A DNA stretch of 25,491 nucleotides from Thermodesulfobacteriota bacterium. GTDB lineage: Bacteria; Desulfobacterota_D; UBA1144; Nemesobacterales; N074bin48. Under the pieces are notes generated by a model, which worked only from the letters and a program-made list of their open reading frames with translations, was not told where the DNA came from and did no database searches. Below, piece after piece: positions 1 through 10,426 of the stretch (the first letter of the stretch is position 1; each line of letters begins with the position of its first letter). Location: assembly GCA_041572575.1 (NCBI GenBank), contig JBFFSH010000036.1, positions 1-25,491 on the forward strand, read 5' to 3'. The position numbers and the translations under genes are program-made.

Positions 1-240
1 GTACTGACTGATTAAAAACCTGTACTTCTGTATATAGTTTTTCTTAAGTTTTAAATCACTCCTGTTTATTCGCATCTTAACAAAATACCCCCTCTACTTA
101 ATTACTTATGTATTTTGTCTGCGAATTATGTGACATCTACAGCAATGACAGTTGTGGTTAGTTTATCTTAACTCAGACTTCTTCCTGCAACGAGCAGAGT
201 CGAAGGAACTGGGCTCAGTGTGTTAGGAAAACACACAAAC

Positions 241-360
241 GTCATGCTGAACGAATGTGAAGCATCTAGTTTTTAGATTCTTCAGCTACTATGATTTTTA
301 TAAATATTTAAGGTCTTACGAACTTCTTTTATTCAAAAAAGCCCCGTCCTCAAGAATGAC
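241..360. repeat. Degenerate palindromic (REP/RPE-like) intergenic element
   Basis: Nested inverted repeats, each with one mismatch: GTCATGCT (241-248) with AGAATGAC (353-360), and TGAAGCATCTA (258-268) with TAGATTCTTCA (274-284). It resembles the widespread 'GTCATGCTGAAC..GTGAAGCATCT..AGATTCTTC..AGAATGAC' repeat type. Confidence 0.55.
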
Positions 361-445
361 AGAATTGCAAGTACGATGACCGTTGTGGTGGATAGAACGC
401 ACCAATACTGTCTGATTGAATATGGAAATTATGGGAGAATACGAC

Positions 446-1840
446 CTACCCTTCTTTAAGAGCCTTGACCATGCCGTCTACCATTCCCTTTGCATCACCA
501 AAGAGCATAAGAGAATTATCGAGAGCAAACAGCGGGTTTGGAATACCTGCAAAACCCGGGCTTAGACTTCTTTTTATGATTACAACCGTCTTTGAGTAGT
601 CTACGTCCAGAATAGGCATTCCGGCGATTGGACTCTGTGGGTCGGTTCTTGCAACGGGGTTAACCACGTCGTTTGCACCGATTACGATTGAGAGATCAAC
701 CTGATTAAACATGGGGTTCATCTCGTCCATCTCTTTTAGGTTATCATAGGGAATATCGGCCTCGGCAAGGAGCACGTTCATATGCCCGGGCATCCTTCCT
801 GCCACGGGATGAATACCAAAAAGTACTTCAACCCCTCTGTCTTCAAGCAGATTTGTAAGGTCCCTTACCGCATGCTGCGCCTGAGCAACTGCAAGCCCGT
901 AACCTGGCACAATGCACACTCTCTTACAGCCTTCAAGCAGCATTGCTACCTCTTCGGCAGATGTGGCCTTAACTTTACCTTCGTAAACATCGTCTGCACT
1001 CGGCCCGCTTGTGACCTCTGCGCCAAAGCCTCCGAAGAGCACATTTGTAAGAGAACGGTTCATGGCCTTACACATAATTCTTGTAAGAATAATTCCCGAA
1101 GCTCCGACTAGCGTTCCTGCGATAACAAGGATTGTGTTGTTTATAATAAACCCGGTTGCTGATGCGGCAAGACCGGAATAAGAGTTTAAAAGTGCTATTA
1201 CAACCGGCATGTCCGCTCCGCCTATGGCTATAACAAGGAGCACTCCAAGTACCGATGCAACCACTACAAGACCCCAGAATACAATTGTGTTTTCCGGATT
1301 AGTAACAAGCAGGTAAGAAAGAGCAAGCACAATTACTGCCAGCACTACTTTTACAATCTGCTCACCGGAGTATATAAACGGGGCGTCACCAAGAATGCCC
1401 TTTAGTTTTCCAAACGCCACGAGGCTTCCAAAAAGCGTAACTGCTCCAATAAGACCCGAAGCCGCTATAGCCACTGTGGCCTGAGTGGCAGGGTCTATGC
1501 TTGTGATGGCAATAACTTCATAGAGCGCCGCTCCCGCTACAAACACCGAAGCCGCTCCGCCAAAACCGTTATAAAGCGCCACAAGCTCCGGCATCTCTGT
1601 CATCTCTACCTTAATTGCAAATACTGCTCCTATTACGGCTCCTACTGCAAGCCCCGCAATAATGTACTGATAACCGATTATGTTTTTATCCATAAGTGTA
1701 ACGACAATGGCTATGAGCATACCAATTGCGCCAAGCATGTTTCCACGCACTGCGGTCCTTGGATGCGAAAGGCCTTTCAGGCCCATTATAAATAGTGCTG
1801 CTGCTACTAGATAAGCTAAGTTGACTAATGTTGGTGACAC
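446..1840 (-). CDS. pntB: NAD(P)+ transhydrogenase beta subunit
   Basis: Multiple TM helices; motifs MPELVALYNGFGG, IGGADMPVVIALLNSYSG, VPGYGLAVAQAQ, IHPVAGRMPGHMNVLLAEA and GANDVVNP. Confidence 0.98.
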   Translation of the reverse strand: MSPTLVNLAYLVAAALFIMGLKGLSHPRTAVRGNMLGAIGMLIAIVVTLMDKNIIGYQYIIAGLAVGAVIGAVFAIKVEMTEMPELVALYNGFGGAASVFVAGAALYEVIAITSIDPATQATVAIAASGLIGAVTLFGSLVAFGKLKGILGDAPFIYSGEQIVKVVLAVIVLALSYLLVTNPENTIVFWGLVVVASVLGVLLVIAIGGADMPVVIALLNSYSGLAASATGFIINNTILVIAGTLVGASGIILTRIMCKAMNRSLTNVLFGGFGAEVTSGPSADDVYEGKVKATSAEEVAMLLEGCKRVCIVPGYGLAVAQAQHAVRDLTNLLEDRGVEVLFGIHPVAGRMPGHMNVLLAEADIPYDNLKEMDEMNPMFNQVDLSIVIGANDVVNPVARTDPQSPIAGMPILDVDYSKTVVIIKRSLSPGFAGIPNPLFALDNSLMLFGDAKGMVDGMVKALKEG

Positions 1841-1846
1841 TTGGTA

Positions 1847-2125
1847 TTACTCCTTTTTCTTAAACATTTCTAACATTCTGTTTGTAACCATAAAACCACC
1901 CACTACGTTTATGGTGGCAAATATCACTGCCAGAGTCCCTAAAATAGTGGTTATCGTTGACTGCTGCATTCCTGCTGAAAGAAGCGCTCCAATAATTGCA
2001 ATACCCGAGATTGCGTTTGAGCCTGACATTAGAGGAGTATGCAGGGTTGGGGGCACTTTTGTAATAACCTCAAAACCCACAAAAGTGGCAAGAACAAATA
2101 TTGTAAATACTATTGCAAAGTCCAT
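1847..2125 (-). CDS. pntA: NAD(P)+ transhydrogenase alpha subunit part 2 (membrane part, PntAB)
   Basis: LHTPLMSGSNAISG and NVVGGFMVTNRMLEMFKK; lies between the alpha-1 and beta genes. Confidence 0.97.
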   Translation of the reverse strand: MDFAIVFTIFVLATFVGFEVITKVPPTLHTPLMSGSNAISGIAIIGALLSAGMQQSTITTILGTLAVIFATINVVGGFMVTNRMLEMFKKKE

Positions 2126-2150
2126 ATTGCTATCCTCTGTAAATTATTTT

Positions 2151-3299
2151 TTACCCTATAGCCTGTTTTACGGTTTCATGAACCACGGCACCGCCGTCTG
2201 TAACAAGTGCGCCGCTTATGACTTCATCTTCTTTATTAATTTCAAATTTTCCTTCTTTGTCTACCATCAATCCCAGGAAATTGGCAAGGTTTTTAGAGTA
2301 CATCTGGCTTGCATGAAACGGCACCATGGATGGTACGTTCTTGGGACCTATTACGGTTACCCCGCCCACATCAATCGTTTCGCCTGGTTTGGTAACTTCG
2401 CAGTTTCCGCCCGATTCTGCAGCAAGGTCAACTATTACAGAGCCGTGCTTCATTGCCGAGACCATATCACTTGTAACAAGTATCGGGGCCTTTTTTCCCG
2501 GAATAGCGGCTGTGGTGATTACCACATCATGCTCGGCTATTACGTCTCTCATCATCTGCTGCTGCTTTTTATAAAATGCATCGTCCATTTCCTTGGCGTA
2601 TCCGCCCTTGTCCTCAGACTCGCCTGTGTCCAGATCAAACTCTACAAATTTTGCCCCAAGGCTCTGCACCTGTTCTTTTACGGCAGGGCGAATGTCATAT
2701 GAGCTTACTATAGCGCCAAGCCTGTTGCATGTGGCAATGGCCTGAAGCCCTGCTACACCAGCGCCTATTATAAACACCCTTGCAGGAGTGGCCGTACCCG
2801 CCGAGGTCATCATCATCGGGAACATCTTTGGCAGGGAGTCTGCTGCTATTAGCGCCGCCTTGTATCCTGCTATATTTGCCTGAGACGACAGTACGTCCAT
2901 ACTCTGTGCCCTTGTGATCCTTGGAATAAGCTCCATGGCAAAGGCCTGAACGCCGTTTGAGGCAAGTGATTTTACAACTTCAGGATTATTAAAAGGATCG
3001 AGTAGTCCTATGAGTATCTTATTTTTTAGTTTTTGGGTGTAGCCTGCGTTTGGGTCGTTTGAGGTGCCAAGGCCTCTTACATGAAGAATGATTTCAGATC
3101 CCGAGATAAGTTCATCCTGATTGCTGATGATCTTCACACCCTCGTCTTCGTACATCTTGTCGGTAAAACCTGCCGAAAGCCCTGCACCTGCTTCTATGTG
3201 TACAATAAAACCCAGTTTTTGAAGCGAAGGCACATGACTTGGAGCAAGAGCTACCCTTTTTTCACCTTCTAGAATCTCGTTTGGAATACCTATTATCAT
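2151..3299 (-). CDS. pntA: NAD(P)+ transhydrogenase alpha subunit part 1 (NAD-binding domain I, PntAA)
   Basis: EKRVAL, PRITRAQSMDVLSSQANIAGYKA, GAGVAGLQA, GGYAKEM and VDLAAESGGNCE. Confidence 0.97.
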   Translation of the reverse strand: MIIGIPNEILEGEKRVALAPSHVPSLQKLGFIVHIEAGAGLSAGFTDKMYEDEGVKIISNQDELISGSEIILHVRGLGTSNDPNAGYTQKLKNKILIGLLDPFNNPEVVKSLASNGVQAFAMELIPRITRAQSMDVLSSQANIAGYKAALIAADSLPKMFPMMMTSAGTATPARVFIIGAGVAGLQAIATCNRLGAIVSSYDIRPAVKEQVQSLGAKFVEFDLDTGESEDKGGYAKEMDDAFYKKQQQMMRDVIAEHDVVITTAAIPGKKAPILVTSDMVSAMKHGSVIVDLAAESGGNCEVTKPGETIDVGGVTVIGPKNVPSMVPFHASQMYSKNLANFLGLMVDKEGKFEINKEDEVISGALVTDGGAVVHETVKQAIG

Positions 3300-3553
3300 A
3301 ATTTTTTAAGTTGTTGATTAATTAAATTATTAGTATTTTACAAAGATTTATCGCCGGTCCTACCTCTGTTTTTACTACTTTTTGCCCACCCCTTAGAAAT
3401 AAATCATATAAAATTGGTTGTATTTATACCATTAATGAGAATATTTGGCAATGGAGAAATTTAATTAATGTTCTTGGAAGTTTGAGAATTGGATATTTAC
3501 GGAATATTAATATGTAATAGTTGTAATTTGATAGTTGTATTTTACTATCTAAC

Positions 3554-4273
3554 CTATTTCCCCCGCCTCTCATTCTCCTTCCAATAAACATCTGCTCTTT
3601 TATCATCAGGAAGGAGACCAAGGTTATTTAAAAACCAGAGTTTTGTATCGTTTAGCAGGACTTTGTATATTCCACCGTCTATGAATCTTCGTGGAGAAGT
3701 CAGGGCGTGTTTTTTAATAAGTTTGAGGTTTCCGTATTTCCTAAGCCTTTTGCAAAGCTCCGAGGTTTCAAACAGTCGTCTCTTGGGAAACATTCCTGAA
3801 TTAAAAAATTTATCGCTTGTAACGAAAACACCCTGATCACCGTAGAAGCTGTGTCGGATCCGGTATCTAACCCTGTTTATAAGCTCCACTACCCTAAGTC
3901 CAAACTCTTTTCCATCAAGACTAAACTCAAAAGCCCCGCCTATTATGTTCTTATCAGACAAAGCAGTCTCTATGTGTTTATCATAGTCTTTTGGAACAAT
4001 CGTATCGGCATCGAGAAAAAGCAGAACTTCCCCCGTGCTTGCCTCGGCTCCGGTATTCAAAGCCTCCCACTTTCCGCTTGCCTTAATTTCCAATTCTATA
4101 ACCTTATCTACTATTGGTTTAGCTAATTCAACAGTCTTATCAAAAGAACCGCTATCTACCAGAATAATTTCAGGCTTGTTTTCATAACACCTGTTATCCA
4201 GTACTGAGTTTAGAGTTTTTGTGATATACCCGGCCTCGTTTAGAGCGGGGATGATTATGGATAATTCAATCAC
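3554..4273 (-). CDS. Family 2 glycosyltransferase (TIGR04283-like)
   Basis: SIIIPALNEA, VDSGSFDKT, LLFLDAD (DxD), YGDQGVFV and TSPRRF, which are typical of this GT2 subgroup; GTG start. Confidence 0.85.
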   Translation of the reverse strand: MIELSIIIPALNEAGYITKTLNSVLDNRCYENKPEIILVDSGSFDKTVELAKPIVDKVIELEIKASGKWEALNTGAEASTGEVLLFLDADTIVPKDYDKHIETALSDKNIIGGAFEFSLDGKEFGLRVVELINRVRYRIRHSFYGDQGVFVTSDKFFNSGMFPKRRLFETSELCKRLRKYGNLKLIKKHALTSPRRFIDGGIYKVLLNDTKLWFLNNLGLLPDDKRADVYWKENERRGK

Positions 4274-4285
4274 AGTTATAGAAAA

Positions 4286-5128
4286 TCAGTTCCACTTGCC
4301 GTTAATAGACCAGTCGTAGGGGATATATTTAATTTTAAGACTATCTTTATTTGCCTTAATCTGAGCTTCTGATCTGGTATCTATATAATGCAGGGGATAA
4401 TCCAGCACCCCTTTTTCATCCACAGCAAAGTCGTGCCTGAACCAGTCCAGTAGTTCAGAAAGGAACACTGTATTTTTTTCTTCATCCCACCTGAAATTTA
4501 TGGGTTGAGAGAAGAAATGCAGTGCCTGATCGTTTAGCTGAAAAGCAAGATCCTTGCCAATATATGGTTCATTCCGCAGCTTTGGACAGCTCTTTGATGC
4601 ACAAACAAGGGCAAAGTGAACAAGCGGTTCGCCGTACTGCTTTCTAAGCACATCATGCTCTATTTCATTCAGGCTATAAACAGCATCTCCAATCCGCCAC
4701 CTCTTGTCATCCCACCTTTTGGAGGAGCTTATATCCTTTATGGAATCAATACCCGGATATTCGGTTATAAGTTTTAGTGTAAACGCATTATAGGCATTTA
4801 CCATAAGGGCAAAGTGTTCAAACCTCGAAAGGCTCTTTACATCAGCATTTGCAAGCTTTTTTATATATTCATCAAGGCTATGGGGGTTATTGGATATTGC
4901 TATATAATCTACGTATCCATCATCGTTTACGGCCATTTTTAGTACCGAATTATAGGCCAAATGGTCAAATTTACCGCCTTTAGTATCATTTCCAAGCCCT
5001 TTTCTTTCATAAACCTCCGGATAGAAGATATTTCTTAATAAATCAATTTTTCTAACGATATCAGTGAGTCCAAATGCAAACATAAAGAAGGTTAGCAAAA
5101 GTAGGATAAATAAATTTAATTTTTTCAT
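4286..5128 (-). CDS. DUF547-domain exported protein
   Basis: N-terminal hydrophobic signal; VDY, NAYNAFT, SLNEIEH, HFALVCASKSCPKL and YDWSIN motifs. Confidence 0.88.
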   Translation of the reverse strand: MKKLNLFILLLLTFFMFAFGLTDIVRKIDLLRNIFYPEVYERKGLGNDTKGGKFDHLAYNSVLKMAVNDDGYVDYIAISNNPHSLDEYIKKLANADVKSLSRFEHFALMVNAYNAFTLKLITEYPGIDSIKDISSSKRWDDKRWRIGDAVYSLNEIEHDVLRKQYGEPLVHFALVCASKSCPKLRNEPYIGKDLAFQLNDQALHFFSQPINFRWDEEKNTVFLSELLDWFRHDFAVDEKGVLDYPLHYIDTRSEAQIKANKDSLKIKYIPYDWSINGKWN

Positions 5129-5274
5129 ATTTTACCTATTATTTTATTTATATATGATGTTATACTAATCAAAACTGATTCATAAATTGCTTTTCATAGA
5201 GTCTCTTTACAAAAGTTTATAAGTGATTAGTTTACAGTATTACAAGGCATAAATACTAAAGTAGGAGGTTAGAT

Positions 5275-5505
5275 ATGGACAATAAGTTCGAATATATCGC
5301 TACTCAGACAGACGACGGCTTTGTTGTAAATTTAAAAAATGCTGTAAACGACACGATTGAGATAAAAAATGAAGATATAGAGATTTTTGCAAAGACTCTA
5401 AGTGATAAACTTGTAACAGACAGAGACATTATACTCACCGAAAAAGAGGAAATTCTGTTCAATATCTGGCAGATGCTCCTTGTTCCTGAAAATATAGTCC
5501 ACTAA
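5275..5505 (+). CDS. Small acidic hypothetical protein (76 aa)
   Basis: Strong RBS (AGGAGG) before the ATG. The ORF fills the gap up to the convergent recG stop. No family recognised. Confidence 0.7.
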   Translation: MDNKFEYIATQTDDGFVVNLKNAVNDTIEIKNEDIEIFAKTLSDKLVTDRDIILTEKEEILFNIWQMLLVPENIVH

Positions 5506-5507
5506 CT

Positions 5508-7979
5508 CTAAGATACAGAGGCAAACTCCAGGCTCTCTCCCCATTTTTCCTGTAACATTTTGGTATAGTTTTTAAGCTGCTCTTCTGACTCACAATTATC
5601 TATTAACTCAAATGCGTCCATTTTGGCAAGCCTAAGAATTGCTGTATCTCTTATGATATTGGCAAACTTAAGCTCAGGGATTCCCGACTGCCTTGTGCCA
5701 ATAAACTCCCCGGGTCCTCTGATGAGGAGATCAGTTTCTGCAATTTTAAACCCGTCATTTGTCTGTTCCAGCACTGAGAGCCTTTTGCCGGCAAGCTCTG
5801 ACCTCTTGTAGCTTGAGACAAGGAGACATTTTGACTGGAACTCTCCCCTGCCAACCCTTCCCCGCAGCTGATGCAGCTGTGAAAGGCCGAATCTTTCTGC
5901 ATTTTCAATGACTATGACGCTTGCATTTGGAACGTCTATTCCTACTTCTATTACTGAGGTTGCCACAAGCACATCTATCTGCTTACCAAGAAATGAAGTC
6001 ATAATTTCATCTTTCTGTTCGCTCTTCATCTGCCCGTGCAAAGCTTCTAGCTTAAATCCGCTCAGATACCCCTCACTCAACTCGTCTGCCAGATCATTTA
6101 CATATTTAAGGTGCTTAAAATCGGTGTTTTCAGACTCCTCGATCATCGGAGCCACAATATAGGCCTGCCTTCCCGCTTTAAGCTCGGCAGCAACTACATC
6201 ATATGCTCTCTGCCTGTTCTTTTCATCATTGTAATACACCTTTGTTGCTATCTTTTTCCTGTCCTTTGGCATCTCATCAATTACCGATATATCGAGGTCA
6301 CCAAAATATGCCATCGAAAGAGTCCTTGGGATCGGCGTGGCTGTCATTATCAGTACATCCGGTGTGAGCCCCTTTTTTATTAGATCAGATCTCTGGGCTA
6401 CTCCAAACCTGTGCTGCTCGTCAATAACTACAAGTCCTAGCTTCTTATAGTCCACGTCCTTTTGAAACACGGCATGGGTGCCTATTATTATATTTGCGCT
6501 CCCATCTTTTATGGATTCCAATACTTCGGTTCTTGCAGCCCTTGTTATTGCACTCTTTAGCAAGACAATATTAAGATCAAAATCCTTAAGGTAAGAAGTA
6601 AGATTCTTATAGTGCTGCTCGGAAAGTATTTCTGTTGGAGCCATGAACACGGCCTGATAGCCTGATTCAATAACTTTGAGTATAGATAACAGGGCTACAA
6701 TTGTTTTGCCGCTCCCTACATCACCCTGCAGCAGCCTGTTCATCTGCTTTTCTGAATCGAGGTCTTTATATATTTCCTTAATCACCCTTTTTTGAGCGCC
6801 GGTGAGTGCAAATTTGAGGTTACCGAGAAGTTCTCTTGGCATATTGTTATCATTTTTAAATGAAATGCCGTCTACCTCGTCCAGTTTTTTTCTTTTAAGC
6901 GCAAGCCCGAGCTGAAGCATGAACAGTTCAAAATAGGCCACGGTAAAATGCGGCCTGGATTTTTGTATATGCTCCCCATTTTCCAGATCCACAACAGTAT
7001 CTTCAGCAAGTGGGAAGTGCACCCGGCTCATGGCGTCTTTAAGGCCCAGCAGACTATGCTTATCTCTCACACTGGATGGAATGGGGTCTGAAATATCAAA
7101 ATCCTGATCCAGGACGTTTCTTACTATATTTCTTATTCTCTTTTGCTTGAGGCCTTCTGTAAGATGATATACCGGCACTATCCTGTTAAAATTGGTACTG
7201 TCCTGCTCAAGCTCTTCTTTGGTTTCGACCACTTCAATGTCTTCAGGTTTTGGATGAATGAGCTGGAAGGCACCCGAGTATTTATCATAAGTAAACACCC
7301 CGCTCACTACGGCATAGAGACCCTTTTTATACAGTTTACTCAGATAGCTTTTATGAAACTGAAACCATATGAGGTTTGCAAACCCGGTTCCATCGGAGAT
7401 CACGATTTTATAGATACTCCTGGTCCTTATTTTTACCACCCCGGATAGTTCTATCTTTCCTATCACCGTAGTGGGTTCGTCCTGAGAAATATCTGAAATG
7501 GTATTCAGGTTTCTTCTGTCTTCATATCTTCTTGGGAAGTAATAGAGGATATCATTTACCGAGCTTATCCCCTTTCGCTCAAGCATCTGGGATATTTTTG
7601 GACCTACACCCTTTATATACTGCACGGGAGAATCGCTCTTGATATTGGACTGAACCTTAGCAGGTTGTTCTTTCTTGGTGACTGCCGGATCTGGTTTACT
7701 GACAATATTTTCTTTTAGGTCATTTATAAGCTTCAAAGAAGAAGAGACTATTTCTTTTTGCTCACCTTTGCTCTTTGATTCAAACTGATTGAAACTGCTT
7801 TCAATTTCTGACAATACTTTTTCGGTTTTATTGTCCACTTTGAGGCTTATAGCCTTAATCCTCATCTGAGCAATGTATTGAGCAGTACCAGTGAGCTTGC
7901 CTATATTTTTAAAATCGTTTTTAGCGGCAAAGAGTAGAGGTCTTTCTATGTCACTTAAGATTTTGGAAATCTTATTCAT
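5508..7979 (-). CDS. recG: ATP-dependent DNA helicase RecG (with N-terminal extension)
   Basis: LLQGDVGSGKT, MAPTEIL, IDEQHRFG, MTATPIPRTL, RFGLSQLHQLRGRVGRG and the TRG motif (DLLIRGPGE). Confidence 0.98.
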   Translation of the reverse strand: MNKISKILSDIERPLLFAAKNDFKNIGKLTGTAQYIAQMRIKAISLKVDNKTEKVLSEIESSFNQFESKSKGEQKEIVSSSLKLINDLKENIVSKPDPAVTKKEQPAKVQSNIKSDSPVQYIKGVGPKISQMLERKGISSVNDILYYFPRRYEDRRNLNTISDISQDEPTTVIGKIELSGVVKIRTRSIYKIVISDGTGFANLIWFQFHKSYLSKLYKKGLYAVVSGVFTYDKYSGAFQLIHPKPEDIEVVETKEELEQDSTNFNRIVPVYHLTEGLKQKRIRNIVRNVLDQDFDISDPIPSSVRDKHSLLGLKDAMSRVHFPLAEDTVVDLENGEHIQKSRPHFTVAYFELFMLQLGLALKRKKLDEVDGISFKNDNNMPRELLGNLKFALTGAQKRVIKEIYKDLDSEKQMNRLLQGDVGSGKTIVALLSILKVIESGYQAVFMAPTEILSEQHYKNLTSYLKDFDLNIVLLKSAITRAARTEVLESIKDGSANIIIGTHAVFQKDVDYKKLGLVVIDEQHRFGVAQRSDLIKKGLTPDVLIMTATPIPRTLSMAYFGDLDISVIDEMPKDRKKIATKVYYNDEKNRQRAYDVVAAELKAGRQAYIVAPMIEESENTDFKHLKYVNDLADELSEGYLSGFKLEALHGQMKSEQKDEIMTSFLGKQIDVLVATSVIEVGIDVPNASVIVIENAERFGLSQLHQLRGRVGRGEFQSKCLLVSSYKRSELAGKRLSVLEQTNDGFKIAETDLLIRGPGEFIGTRQSGIPELKFANIIRDTAILRLAKMDAFELIDNCESEEQLKNYTKMLQEKWGESLEFASVS

Positions 7980-8077
7980 GTGAATATTTTAATATGTTTA
8001 TCTTAAGACCAGATAAGATGGTAAGACTGCTAATCTTATAGAATAATTATATCCGCAACTGCCGGATGGACATAATC

Positions 8078-10189
8078 TTAAGTACTTACGGTGATAACCT
8101 TGCGTTTGTTCTTGGACTTGCTTTCTTCAGCATCGTCGTCCTGAGCTTCTTTTTTTTCCGATGCTTTTTCTTTTTGCATCCGCTTTATGTTTTTACACTC
8201 AGGGTATCCGCTGCATCCATAAAACTTGCCGTAGCGGCTCTGTCTTATGACCATGGGCTTTCCGCATTTATCGCACTCTATATCACTTACTTCAGGCTCG
8301 ACTTTTTCTACTACCTTTACGTTTCCGTCTTCATCATAATGAAACGGTTTTGCATTTTTACACTCGGGGTACTTGGAGCATGATAGGAATTCCCCTCTTT
8401 TTCCCCATCTAATAATCATAGGCACTCCGCATTCGTTACAGTCAATCCCAGCGGGAACTCCGTCCCTTCTGAGACTTCTCATCTTTTCATCGGCTACAGA
8501 GAGGCGCTCTGAAAAACCCTTGTAGAAGTTCTTCATAAGCTCAACCCAATTGATGTCACCATCTTCTACCTTATCGAGCCTGTCTTCCATGTCGGCAGTA
8601 AACTTAATGTCCATGATTTCAGGAAAACCGTCTATGAGCATATCATTCACTGACTTTCCGAGCACCGTGGGTTTTAGCTTTCTCTGCTCGCGCTTAACAT
8701 ACTCTCTGTCCTGGATTGTTGAAATAATACTGGAATAAGTAGATGGTCTTCCTATTCCCTTTTCTTCAAGTTCTTTTACTAGCGAGCTTTCAGAAAACCT
8801 TGGAGGGGGCTGTGTGAAGTGCTGCTCCATTTTAAGGTCTTTTAGGTTTACGTCCTGATCTTTTTTGATATCGGGAAGTTTTTTATCTTCATCATCGCTC
8901 TGTTCTTCCTCTTCCTCTTTTCCCTCGGTATATACCTTGGAAAACCCTTCAAATTTTATTACAGAGCCTGTTGTTCTGAATGTTGCCTTGTCCGATGAAA
9001 TCTCTATTGAAGTCTGATCGTAAACAATAGGAGTCATCTGAGAAGCTAAGAACCTCTGCCATATAAGCTTGTAGAGCTCAAACTCATCATCTGCAAGATG
9101 GGCCTTTACTTTTTCAGGACTGTATTCAAATGATGTGGGCCTTATGGCTTCGTGCGCATCCTGAGCAGATTTCTTTACCTTATACTGGTTTGGTTTTTCT
9201 GGCAGAAACTTGTCGCCGTATTTATCCTTTATCAGGCTTCTTGATTCTGCAAGAGCCTGATCCGAGATACGCACAGAGTCGGTTCTCATATAAGTAATCA
9301 GCCCCATGGGTCCATCTGCACCAAGCTCAATTCCTTCGTAGAGCTTCTGTGCTATTGCCATCGTCTTTTTAACCGGATACCTCAGTTTCCTCGAAGCCTC
9401 CTGCTGAAGCGTGCTTGTAATAAATGGGGGCTGAGCCTTTCTTGTGCGCTCTTTTTTTTCTATGGATGATACTTTATAGTCGTTGTTTTTAATCTGGTTT
9501 GCAATTGATTGTGCCTGATCTTCTGTTCCTATCTCGATTTTGTCGCCATCGAACCGGACCAGGTTTGCTGAAAATGCAGATTTTCCATTTTGCTCAGCAA
9601 TAAAGTCTCCTTCTATACTCCAGTATTCCTTTGTTACAAACTTTTCAATCTCTCTTTCTCTTTCAACCACTATCCTAAGCGCCACACTCTGCACCCTGCC
9701 TGCACTAAGGCCCCTTCTCACTTTTTTCCACAGCAGCGGGCTTACCTGATATCCTACAAGCCTGTCGAGCACCCTTCTTGCCTGCTGGGCATCAAACCTG
9801 TCCATGCTAAGAGTGGTAGGGGAGTTAATTGATTCCTTGATAGCTTTTTCTGTTATTTCGTGAATCAGAATACGATATGATTTATCCTGAATTCCAAGCT
9901 GATCGGCAATATGCCACGCAATTGCTTCACCCTCTCTGTCTGGGTCTGAGGCAAGATACACGCTGTCGGCTTTTTGAGCGGCTTTTTGCAGTTTGGTTAA
10001 ATATTTCTTTTTATTCTTAATTACTTCATACTGGGGCTGGAAGTCATTTTCAATATCGACTCCAAGCTTACTCTTTGGAAGATCAATCAGATGACCGGAG
10101 GAAGCTTCTACGGTAAAATCCTTTCCAAGATAGTTCTTTATGGTCTTGGCCTTTGCCGGTGATTCTACTATTACAAGTGATTTAGGCAT
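8078..10189 (-). CDS. topA: DNA topoisomerase I with two C-terminal zinc ribbons
   Basis: LVIVESPAKAKTI, DPDREGEAIAWH, SAGRVQS, LITYMRTDS and AQDAHEAIRPT; C4 zinc-finger repeats. Confidence 0.98.
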   Translation of the reverse strand: MPKSLVIVESPAKAKTIKNYLGKDFTVEASSGHLIDLPKSKLGVDIENDFQPQYEVIKNKKKYLTKLQKAAQKADSVYLASDPDREGEAIAWHIADQLGIQDKSYRILIHEITEKAIKESINSPTTLSMDRFDAQQARRVLDRLVGYQVSPLLWKKVRRGLSAGRVQSVALRIVVEREREIEKFVTKEYWSIEGDFIAEQNGKSAFSANLVRFDGDKIEIGTEDQAQSIANQIKNNDYKVSSIEKKERTRKAQPPFITSTLQQEASRKLRYPVKKTMAIAQKLYEGIELGADGPMGLITYMRTDSVRISDQALAESRSLIKDKYGDKFLPEKPNQYKVKKSAQDAHEAIRPTSFEYSPEKVKAHLADDEFELYKLIWQRFLASQMTPIVYDQTSIEISSDKATFRTTGSVIKFEGFSKVYTEGKEEEEEQSDDEDKKLPDIKKDQDVNLKDLKMEQHFTQPPPRFSESSLVKELEEKGIGRPSTYSSIISTIQDREYVKREQRKLKPTVLGKSVNDMLIDGFPEIMDIKFTADMEDRLDKVEDGDINWVELMKNFYKGFSERLSVADEKMRSLRRDGVPAGIDCNECGVPMIIRWGKRGEFLSCSKYPECKNAKPFHYDEDGNVKVVEKVEPEVSDIECDKCGKPMVIRQSRYGKFYGCSGYPECKNIKRMQKEKASEKKEAQDDDAEESKSKNKRKVITVST

Positions 10190-10426
10190 ATTTATCTTCT
10201 GACACTAATTTCAAATGATAATAACCACATATTTATTAAAATTACAAATTAATAATGTTTAAATAAGGTAAACAAAGATTATTTAAATCAAAATATTATT
10301 TTTAAAACAGGTATAAAACAAGAGCAAGTATACGCTTGGTAGCAATGAGGAAAAATCTATAAAACTGTTAGGGTTTTTTATATTATCTATAACCCGGACA
10401 AGATATAAAAGCTTTTAGAAGTGGTA

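Noticed and set aside
782..3272. Plus-strand ORFs (782-1111, 1821-2702, 2326-2574, 3081-3272)
   Set aside because: They are antisense shadows of the well-supported pnt genes. The same applies to the short ORFs overlapping recG, topA, dprA, nth, secG, pgk, ihfB, the methyltransferase and the secreted proteins.
7640..7979. RecG N-terminal extension as a novelty
   Set aside because: N-terminal helical extensions are known in RecG of several lineages, such as Thermotoga.
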